Of a stretch of 32,000 nt of DNA, positions 17,583 through 25,207 are shown piece after piece (within the stretch, counting starts at the first letter, position 1; every line of letters begins with the position of its first letter). The stretch is from Telmatocola sphagniphila (GTDB lineage Bacteria; Planctomycetota; Planctomycetia; Gemmatales; Gemmataceae), in contig NZ_CP074694.1 of assembly GCF_018398935.1 (NCBI RefSeq), positions 780,001 to 812,000 on the forward strand, given 5' to 3'. A program made the translations under genes and the position numbers. Under the pieces are notes generated by a model. That model did no database searches and had not been told where the DNA came from. It saw nothing but the letters and a program-made list of their open reading frames with translations.

Positions 17583-18824
17583 CTAAGCGGCCTTAGGCAA
17601 TTGGCCCACATCCATTTGGGCTTTTTCAGGGGCGGTCCAGGCCGCGCAAATCAGAGAAATTGTGGCCGTCAGGCAGGTCAGCATACTCAAGAGTAGGCTG
17701 ACCAGATGCCAGGAGGTGAAGTTCTCCTTGGCTCGGGCCGCGGTTTCAGCATCGGCTGCAAATCGTTCCAGCCTCAGTCGACTCACTTCCCCGGCGATCC
17801 ACCAGTTGCCGCAGACCAGCAGAAATGTGACGACCAGAAGACCAAGTTGAATGCGATTCAGCTTCTCTTTACTCCGCCAGCCGCGCGCACTAATCAGTGC
17901 GACGGTGGCCGCGATGGCACTGCACAGAAAATACTTGGGGAACATCGGCCCGACAGCCGCGCCGGCGAGAGCACTTCCCAGCGCTTTTTTCTGTTCGGCC
18001 GACAGACCGTTGGCGATGGCCACCTGGGCCGTGCGATCCGAAGGGGAATTTTCCACCACATCCGGGAAGGTTTCGAAAACCGATAGGCCGGCGATGAACT
18101 GCAGAAACAGCGTCCCCCCGAAGAGCCAGCCCAGTGCCAGCAAATGGAAAGCGTAATTGATGCGTTCTCTGCGGAAAGAAGGTTTCATGCAGTTTTCCGT
18201 CCCGGCCAGCAGTCGGCGAATATTCGCATGGTGTTTTACGATCACCATGGAACAGCCGATGTAACAATACAGGCTCGTTAGGATATTTTCGAATGCGAAC
18301 GGCCGACCATCAACGCTAATTGTGTACCCGGCCATAAATGCTATCATGGCCACGACCGAAGCAAAGGAGACTATCGACGAAGCGAGCAGAGCGACCACCC
18401 AGATCAGGATGGCGAAAAAATCGGGACCGGTGAGCAGCACCAGCATGGTTCCGAATCCGGTGGCAACGCCCTTACCGCCTTGGAATTTCAGAAAGATGGG
18501 GAAAGTGTGCCCCAGAAAAGCACATACCGCAGTGCCCACCGCCGCCAGCTGAGGAATCGGTTGCCAGGCTACAAATTCAGCATCGTGCAGAACCAGCCAT
18601 TTGCCGAGATAAACCGGCACGGCTCCTTTGAGCAAATCCAGAACGAAAACCAGGATGCCCCATTTACGACCGAGCGTACGCCCCACGTTAGTCGCCCCGA
18701 TATTTCCGGAGCCGACTTTCAGAAGATCCACACCCCGGCTACGAGCGACCAGCACTCCAAAGGGGATGGAACCGAGCAAATAAGCTCCCGCAAGGAGCAG
18801 CACTAGGTTGATAATTGGCGGCAT
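17583..18824 (-). CDS. plsY: glycerol-3-phosphate acyltransferase PlsY fused to a C-terminal about 200-aa multi-TM DUF4149-like domain
   Basis: The N-terminal half reads LLGSIPFGVLVARSRGVDLLKVGSGNIGATNVGRTLG...DLLKGAVPV (PlsY signature). The C-terminal half (about 17583-18190) has four further hydrophobic segments and the pattern LGWLFGGTLFLQFIAG...GPMFPKYFLCSAIAATVALI, which resembles DUF4149/TMEM205-type proteins. Confidence 0.75.
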   Translation of the reverse strand: MPPIINLVLLLAGAYLLGSIPFGVLVARSRGVDLLKVGSGNIGATNVGRTLGRKWGILVFVLDLLKGAVPVYLGKWLVLHDAEFVAWQPIPQLAAVGTAVCAFLGHTFPIFLKFQGGKGVATGFGTMLVLLTGPDFFAILIWVVALLASSIVSFASVVAMIAFMAGYTISVDGRPFAFENILTSLYCYIGCSMVIVKHHANIRRLLAGTENCMKPSFRRERINYAFHLLALGWLFGGTLFLQFIAGLSVFETFPDVVENSPSDRTAQVAIANGLSAEQKKALGSALAGAAVGPMFPKYFLCSAIAATVALISARGWRSKEKLNRIQLGLLVVTFLLVCGNWWIAGEVSRLRLERFAADAETAARAKENFTSWHLVSLLLSMLTCLTATISLICAAWTAPEKAQMDVGQLPKAA

Positions 18825-18854
18825 GGCAGATTTCCGGAAGGTAACCCCATCAGT

Positions 18855-20054
18855 CTACGCCGCGCGCTTCAATTGAGCCACCTGCTTCATCAAACCTAAA
18901 AATTTCTGGTAGTGCATTTCGAAATTCCATCTTTTGGCCGCTTGTCGGGCCGCCGCACTCATCGGAGTTCGAACGGAGTTGTCGATCAACCGAGCGATCG
19001 CTCCGCCCAATTCCTGTGCATTGTGGGGATCGCTGACAACGATTCCCTCTTCGCCGTCGCGGAAGAGTTCTGAAGCACCGTTATATTTTGTGGTGATGAC
19101 TGGCAAACCGCACGCCAGGGCTTCCAAAGCGACCAGCGAACAGGGGTCGTAAAAGGTCGGGTGTACCAGAAAATCGGATGCGAAGTAGGCATCGCTGGGG
19201 TCGGCCCGGAACCCGAGAAACTTTACTCGATCCTGCACGCCCAGATAGCGGGCCATGCGTTCGTAGCGAGCGGTCTTCGGATGCCCGACGACAATGATTT
19301 TGAAGTCCTTCTCCGGCGGAATGGTCATCAGAGAAGAGAGCAGGGGGGCCAAACCTTTCAGTCGGTAGTTCATGGCCACAAAAAGACCCACCGGTGTGCT
19401 ACTAGTAATACCCCAGCGGCCCCGTTCTTCCGAACGCCGTTTCAAGCGATCTTCCGCGAGGAATTTCGCCGGATCGATCGCACTCGGTAGAACCTGAATC
19501 TCTTCGGCGGGGATGTCGTAGAACTCTTCAAAATGTTTCCGAACCATCTGGCTGTTGACGACGATCCTGGGGCGCGGTGGCGTGCAATACTGTCGACGTT
19601 CCAGCCGAGCGAAGGATCGAGCCGCCGGGTCGATGCGCTTGCTCAATCTAGCTAGAAACCGACCGAAGCCGGAAGGGTATTTGAGTATATTCTGCTGCAT
19701 CGAAGCGGCATGCAATCCTCCCTGAGGGTAGAGAATATCCTGCCCCCAGGTTTTATCGAATCCGATCGACAGATCGTGATGATTCTGAGCCAGGGCCCGT
19801 TCGCAAGCTTCGGCGAACTTCCAAGGGCGTTGTGCCCGGTTCCCGGTCGGTTGCGGGATGCGATGGTAGTGCATCAATGTCGGTAAGGCATCGGCTTCCC
19901 AGCGCGAGGCATACAGGTGCACACTGTGGCCGTCCCGACTCAGACGGCGGGCGAGATCGGAGATATAGTGTTCGCAACCGCCCCGGGCGGGATTCACGTT
20001 CTCGTAGCAGAGTGCAATATCCATGATGTCTTCCTGAGGGTCATGTGTGGGCAT
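18855..20054 (-). CDS. GT4-family glycosyltransferase (LPS core/RfaG-like)
   Basis: The C-terminal GT-B motif is SLVALEALACGLPVITTKYNGASELFRDGEEGIVV. The gene sits inside the heptose/kinase cluster. Start is 20054, or the ATG at 20024 (MDIALCYENV). Confidence 0.8.
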   Translation of the reverse strand: MPTHDPQEDIMDIALCYENVNPARGGCEHYISDLARRLSRDGHSVHLYASRWEADALPTLMHYHRIPQPTGNRAQRPWKFAEACERALAQNHHDLSIGFDKTWGQDILYPQGGLHAASMQQNILKYPSGFGRFLARLSKRIDPAARSFARLERRQYCTPPRPRIVVNSQMVRKHFEEFYDIPAEEIQVLPSAIDPAKFLAEDRLKRRSEERGRWGITSSTPVGLFVAMNYRLKGLAPLLSSLMTIPPEKDFKIIVVGHPKTARYERMARYLGVQDRVKFLGFRADPSDAYFASDFLVHPTFYDPCSLVALEALACGLPVITTKYNGASELFRDGEEGIVVSDPHNAQELGGAIARLIDNSVRTPMSAAARQAAKRWNFEMHYQKFLGLMKQVAQLKRAA

Positions 20055-20937
20055 GTTTGCGTCGTTCCGCCCGGCGATGATTACGGCGATAGAGGGCCAT
20101 CTTTATTTCGATACCCCATCGCAAAAGCTTGCGGTAAATCCGCGGCAGGCTCTTCGAATAAATCTTCCAGAAATGCTGGCGGTCTTCCGCTGTCACTCCT
20201 GGCCAGATCGCGGAGTATTGCAACTGGGCCAGATCCTTCATTCGGGATTGGAAGCCGAGGATCGGACCGGTCCTCAAGCGATGGAAATCGATAACGAAAA
20301 CCTGGCCTTGCCACTCGGCCGGAGGGGTATCACACATTCTTTGGGGAATGTAAAAGTGGCACAGATACCAGTCCTGGTGATAAGCATTACGGTCGTGGAA
20401 CAGGTGGCTCAATCGGGCCAGTTCGGCAAAGAGGCCGTGCTTCCACCAACGGAAATCCTCTGGCGATAATTTCCGCTCGGCTTCGGGAATCGCCTCGTGC
20501 AGACCGATCATATCGGTTAATTCCGCGATGGCGATAAAGCCCTGCAATTGGCCGTTTTCGCCTTGAAACTCACCCGCAGCCAGCGCTTTTGGCACGGGAA
20601 TGCCTTGTTTTACCGCCCATTGCAAATGATGATATTCCTGCAAACCGGGTGAGAAGTCTTTATTCGGAAGGTAGCGCCGGGCCCAACTCATCCATCGCGG
20701 AAGCTTGTAATGCCGTTTCAGATAAACTACGCAAGGATTACCCAAGTTCGTAACCGTCCAGCGCACGATGGAGCGACCCTGTTTGGAATGGAAGCGATCT
20801 GATAGTTCCAGTTCCATGATGCGATCCGCCCATCCCACACCGGCAATAGATTCCCATTCCGGCTGAGAGACCAGCCGATCTCGTCGGTTTTCTCGTCGAG
20901 CCATGGGGTAATCCAGATGGAGCGGAACCACTTTCAT
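20041..20937 (-). CDS. lipopolysaccharide kinase (Kdo/WaaP/InaA) family protein
   Basis: 298 aa with VVYLKRHYK, GIPVPKALAAGEF and IAIAELTDMIGL, plus catalytic-loop-like HQDWYLCHFYI and VFVIDFHRL. This is the pattern of the LPS-kinase family. Confidence 0.7.
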   Translation of the reverse strand: MKVVPLHLDYPMARRENRRDRLVSQPEWESIAGVGWADRIMELELSDRFHSKQGRSIVRWTVTNLGNPCVVYLKRHYKLPRWMSWARRYLPNKDFSPGLQEYHHLQWAVKQGIPVPKALAAGEFQGENGQLQGFIAIAELTDMIGLHEAIPEAERKLSPEDFRWWKHGLFAELARLSHLFHDRNAYHQDWYLCHFYIPQRMCDTPPAEWQGQVFVIDFHRLRTGPILGFQSRMKDLAQLQYSAIWPGVTAEDRQHFWKIYSKSLPRIYRKLLRWGIEIKMALYRRNHRRAERRKHAHT

Positions 20938-20957
20938 AATTTTTCGAAAAACCTCTT

Positions 20958-22550
20958 TTATTGGCAGACCAGACGTACCAGGACTTTTCGAGAAAGCGGC
21001 GACTTACGGCCGCGGACAAACGCCTGCAGGAATCGCAATCGATCCGTGCGATTCTGAAACAGAATCTCGGTATCGAAGAGCCGCTTCAAGCTGCGATAAC
21101 ACTGCTGCTCGCTTACCCTCCGGACGTATTGGAGATTCTCGATCTTTTCGAACTCGGGTAAATTGTTTTCCAGGCGGAAAAGGTTTCGTTTGCAAGGCGA
21201 TTTCCGAAGCATGCAGCCCGCTTCGTGGATTCGTTGAATCAACTCGCCGCATTCCCGGATGATTTTGCGACGGCTTTCCAATTCCGCGATGCATTCAATC
21301 CGATCGTCGATTAAAACGCCCTTTTCTTCCAGCAGAACGAAGCTGTGTGTCTCACATTTGTTTTCCGTATCCAGCCCAAACGCGAGTAATTTGGGAACTG
21401 CCAGTCCCGCCCGTTGCAGATGGAAGGCGATCCGGGCGGTGACCATGGGCATCAGGATTCGGCGGAGGGATTTCAAGTAGAACAAGCGGCGCAGGCAGTT
21501 AGAGTTCGATTCACGCAGTAGCCGCACGGAGCGCTCGGCGAAACAGAATTTTTTCTCCGTACGCTCTTCCGGGGGGTAGAACAGCACCCGCGCCGTATCG
21601 GGGCTGAGCCCTGTGGCAATTTCGGGAATCAGACAAAGTGCTTCGCCATCGAGCCAGATTAACCGTTGCTCGCTTGCACTTTCAAGCTGTCGAGATTCCT
21701 GAAGGATTGCCCGCGAGTTTCGAAATGTGCGAGTTTTGCGTTCAATGTCCCGAACCAGAACGGCGAGCGGAGTCGAACCGATTTGCTTGGTAAGCAGAAC
21801 CTCGCAATATTTCTTCAGGAAGTAGAGCTTCGCCGTATTACTTAGCAACGCATCCGGAAGAGAAGCGTTCAATCGGGCGAGAGATTCGATGGCCGAGCGA
21901 TAGTGGAACTTATTTCGACAGACCGAGCGTTGCCAATCGATGCAAAGGCATTCCTGCGTGACCGAGTTCACCAGTACGTGCTTCGCTAAAAGATCGGGTT
22001 GCGTGAACCCCGCGGCATGATAACCAGCCAGTGTCTGAGCCAGATTACCGAGCAATCGTTTCGAGTAGCCGTTGGTCAGTAACCAATTCTTAAGAGGATA
22101 AGATCCAGATTCTTCCTGAATCAAGAGAAAGGCTTTACCGGAGCCATTATTTCCCCACGCTAGCCAGCGAGGAGTGGGTAGATCGTGAAGTTCCAGTTCC
22201 TGCAATATGCGGACTTCCCGCTCCGATTTCGAACAGAATCCAAAGCCTTCCCAGGCATGCTTGAAGCGATCCTTCCAATCGACCTGATGCTCCCGCTTCA
22301 GATAGCCGACGATTTCCCGGTTCTGGCCTTGCAGAATTACCCGGCTGACATTGCGGCCGACATGGCCTCCCACAATTTCGCCCGGACAGTTCAGAAAATC
22401 GGTCGAGTGTTTCAACCCGACAGCGTGCAGGAATGCCAGATCTCTCGGATTGATCTCAACCGCCCCAGTTTCCGCAGATACTTCCGACATCAGCGACCGG
22501 CCGACTAACGACGGTAGCCGCTTTCCTCCTGTTCGCGATTCAACCTGCAT
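20958..22550 (-). CDS. tandem Kdo/WaaP-kinase-like protein (first domain near-complete, second domain degenerate)
   Basis: The track ORF runs to 22616 but overlaps the upstream gene. The likely start is the ATG at 22550 or 22490. Domain 1 has IVGYLKREH, LPTPRWLAWG, FLLIQEESGSYPL, HAAGFTQPDLLAKHVLVN and LCIDWQRS. Domain 2 (about residues 400-500) keeps only N-lobe-like features (GLAVPKLLAFG, SFVLLEEKG, IQRIHEAGCML). Confidence 0.55.
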   Translation of the reverse strand: MQVESRTGGKRLPSLVGRSLMSEVSAETGAVEINPRDLAFLHAVGLKHSTDFLNCPGEIVGGHVGRNVSRVILQGQNREIVGYLKREHQVDWKDRFKHAWEGFGFCSKSEREVRILQELELHDLPTPRWLAWGNNGSGKAFLLIQEESGSYPLKNWLLTNGYSKRLLGNLAQTLAGYHAAGFTQPDLLAKHVLVNSVTQECLCIDWQRSVCRNKFHYRSAIESLARLNASLPDALLSNTAKLYFLKKYCEVLLTKQIGSTPLAVLVRDIERKTRTFRNSRAILQESRQLESASEQRLIWLDGEALCLIPEIATGLSPDTARVLFYPPEERTEKKFCFAERSVRLLRESNSNCLRRLFYLKSLRRILMPMVTARIAFHLQRAGLAVPKLLAFGLDTENKCETHSFVLLEEKGVLIDDRIECIAELESRRKIIRECGELIQRIHEAGCMLRKSPCKRNLFRLENNLPEFEKIENLQYVRRVSEQQCYRSLKRLFDTEILFQNRTDRLRFLQAFVRGRKSPLSRKVLVRLVCQ

Positions 22551-23586
22551 GGCGTAATCCTCCCCGGTCGATACGAGGAAGGAGTTTGCAGGAAGCTTCA
22601 AATACTTCCGCAACACTCAACTCTTTCATGCAGCGGTGGTCGGTCGGACAAACTCGGAGCTGGCACGGGCCGCAAGGCACCTTTTTCTGAAGGTGAATTG
22701 CTTTATCGTAAAACGTTTCGGTCCATTCGATATGCGTCGGACCAAAGAGTGTGACGACCGGTCGGTTGAAAGCGGCGGCGAAATGCCGCGGTCCGGAATC
22801 AGTTGTGACCAGCAAATCCAGCTTTTTGACGATCGCTTTGCTGAATCCAATGGAAAGCGGAAAATCGGCTAGCGACTTCACGGTGGATCGGCCGCTCTGG
22901 GCGGCAATTTCCCGCGAAATATCCTTCTCGTTCGGCCCACACATCACCACGACCTTGGCATTTCGGGAATCGACGAATTTGCGGGCGAGTTCCGCGAAGT
23001 AGGCGGTCGGCCAGAACTTCGAGGCTCCAAACGCCGCCCCGGGATTCAAACCGATCACTTCTTCATCGTGCTGAATTCCGAGTTGATTTAAAACACCAGT
23101 GGCTTGTGCATCTTGTGAATCACTCGTAAACAGTTCCATCCGATCAGTCGGCTCTGCCCCCAGCACTTGAACTATTCGATTGTAATCGCGCAGGATGGGA
23201 CGGGGTACGAAGTTCCCTTTTTCATCCTGGACCGGATAAAAGCGATTGGTCAATAGAAAGCCGCGGGCATAGCGCACGAAGCCGATTCGCAGCTTGCATC
23301 GGCCTGCCCGGGCCACGGCGGCAACGCGGAAGGAATTGGGAAATAGCACGGCGGCATCGGCTTCATAGGATCTTAACTGCCGGGCAACAGCCAAGCCCGA
23401 GCGTATTGTACGTTCCAGCGGCCAGAAATTTTCGAACCAGGGAGAATCGGCCGTTACCGCCTCAACGTAAGGCTTTCCGATAGCCACCATTTTTGAATGC
23501 GGATAGCGAGCATGCAGAGCCGCAATGGCGGGGGTCGCCATCACTACATCGCCGATCCAGTTCGGTAGAAAAACTGCAATTCGCAT
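22540..23586 (-). CDS. GT9-family ADP-heptose:LPS heptosyltransferase
   Basis: Motifs are MRIAVFLPNWIGDVVMATPAI and the C-terminal LLVTTDSGPRHFAAAFNRPVVTLFGPT, the heptosyltransferase I/II pattern. I cannot distinguish WaaC from WaaF by eye. Confidence 0.85.
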   Translation of the reverse strand: MRIAVFLPNWIGDVVMATPAIAALHARYPHSKMVAIGKPYVEAVTADSPWFENFWPLERTIRSGLAVARQLRSYEADAAVLFPNSFRVAAVARAGRCKLRIGFVRYARGFLLTNRFYPVQDEKGNFVPRPILRDYNRIVQVLGAEPTDRMELFTSDSQDAQATGVLNQLGIQHDEEVIGLNPGAAFGASKFWPTAYFAELARKFVDSRNAKVVVMCGPNEKDISREIAAQSGRSTVKSLADFPLSIGFSKAIVKKLDLLVTTDSGPRHFAAAFNRPVVTLFGPTHIEWTETFYDKAIHLQKKVPCGPCQLRVCPTDHRCMKELSVAEVFEASCKLLPRIDRGGLRHAG

Positions 23587-23655
23587 CCGTACTTCTTGCT
23601 AGCTGATCCGGGTGGTTTAGATGATGTCGTGAAAACAGCCGCTTCCCGAGTTTCT

Positions 23656-25140
23656 TTAGGCCGCCTTCATCTTCTTCAAAATCGAAGTCGTCGAATAACC
23701 ATCCTTCAAACCGGCCAGATAAACTCGACCGCCGTACGACTCCACCAATTCGGCCCCGACTACATCTTCCTTGCGGTAGTCGGCCCCTTTCACCAACACA
23801 TCTGGCTTGATCATTTCGATCAGTTTGGCGGGAGTCGATTCGTGGAACACCGTGATGAAATCGACGGCCTGCAAACCCGCCAGTACTGAAGCCCGTGCAT
23901 CCACCAGATTAACGGGTCGATCCGGCCCTTTTAACTGACGAATGCTCGAATCGCTATTGAGCCCGACGATCAGGAGATCCCCCTGGCGTCGCGCTTCCTG
24001 CAGGTACTGCACATGCCCGGCGTGCAAAATATCAAAGCAGCCGTTGGTGAAGACGATCTTCTGGCCGAGCCGACGGCGTTGATCCAGATGCGGCTGAATT
24101 TGGCTGGGTGTCATGACCTTGCCGGCATGAGTCGAACCAGCCAGGGAATGATGCAGCAGATCCTGAATGATCTCTTCCCGGCTGACGGTGGCCACACCTA
24201 ATTTCTCGACTTCCAAGCCGCCGGCGACGTTCGCCAGTTGAATAGCGGTCGGGTAATCGGCCCCCGCGGATAGCGCCAGACCCAGCATGCTCATCACCAT
24301 GTCACCCGCTCCGGTGATGTCGTAAACGGCGCGGGGTCTGGTCGGAAAGATTTCTTCGTAGCCGTTTTTCTGGCAGAGGGCCATGCCATCTTTGTCGAGG
24401 GTAATGATTGAGGAATCGAGGCCGAGCATATCCCGCAGTTCGCGCGCTGACTGCAAAGCATCTTCAAGAGTTTGGATGTTGCGACCGGTCGCCAGACCAG
24501 CTTCCAGCCGATTCGGCGTCATGGAGGAGCAGCCGCGATACTTGACGTAGTCCTTGCCGCGAATGGGGTCGGCGACCACCGGAATTCCTTTTCGCCGGCA
24601 TTCGGAAATGGTGCTTTGCAGCAAGTTGGGTGTACAGACACCCTTATCGTAATCGCTAATCAGAACGATGTCTGCCTTGTCGATGGCTTCCAACATCGCA
24701 TCGAGCAGTTTCTTTTCGACGGCACTGCAGAGAGCCTCCCGGCTTTCAAAATCGACGCGCATCATTTGCTGCGGATGTCGAGCCTGGGCACGACCGATGT
24801 AGCGTTCTTTAACCGTGGTGGGCCGGTTCGAATCGGAAAGAACGGCTCGTTCGTTGATATCGAGATTTTTGAGAATCTGTCGGATGCGCTCGGCATCGGC
24901 ATCATCGCCGGTAACGCCGCAGAGGTGAACTTCGGCTTCCAGAGCGGCCAGCATAGTGGCCACGCTGCTGGCTCCACCCAGTCGCTCTTCGCGTTTATCC
25001 GCACGCAGCAGGATAACGGGAGCCTCCTGGGAGATCCGTTCCGCATCGCCAAAAATGTAACGATCGAGCATCAGGTCGCCGAGTACGACGACCCGGGGAC
25101 GACCGAGTTTCTGCATCCATTCGATCAGGTTGCTTGCCAT
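23656..25140 (-). CDS. hldE: bifunctional D-beta-D-heptose 7-phosphate kinase / D-beta-D-heptose 1-phosphate adenylyltransferase
   Basis: 494 aa with an N-terminal PfkB-type sugar kinase (VVVLGDLMLDRY, DITGAGDMV). The C-terminal cytidylyltransferase domain reads VFTNGCFDILHAGHVQYL. Confidence 0.9.
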   Translation of the reverse strand: MASNLIEWMQKLGRPRVVVLGDLMLDRYIFGDAERISQEAPVILLRADKREERLGGASSVATMLAALEAEVHLCGVTGDDADAERIRQILKNLDINERAVLSDSNRPTTVKERYIGRAQARHPQQMMRVDFESREALCSAVEKKLLDAMLEAIDKADIVLISDYDKGVCTPNLLQSTISECRRKGIPVVADPIRGKDYVKYRGCSSMTPNRLEAGLATGRNIQTLEDALQSARELRDMLGLDSSIITLDKDGMALCQKNGYEEIFPTRPRAVYDITGAGDMVMSMLGLALSAGADYPTAIQLANVAGGLEVEKLGVATVSREEIIQDLLHHSLAGSTHAGKVMTPSQIQPHLDQRRRLGQKIVFTNGCFDILHAGHVQYLQEARRQGDLLIVGLNSDSSIRQLKGPDRPVNLVDARASVLAGLQAVDFITVFHESTPAKLIEMIKPDVLVKGADYRKEDVVGAELVESYGGRVYLAGLKDGYSTTSILKKMKAA

Positions 25141-25207
25141 CCGTGGCTTCCTCCAAAGCCCATTTCAACGGAAGGCAGATTTCCTGTAAAGAGCAATTTA
25201 CCGAAGT

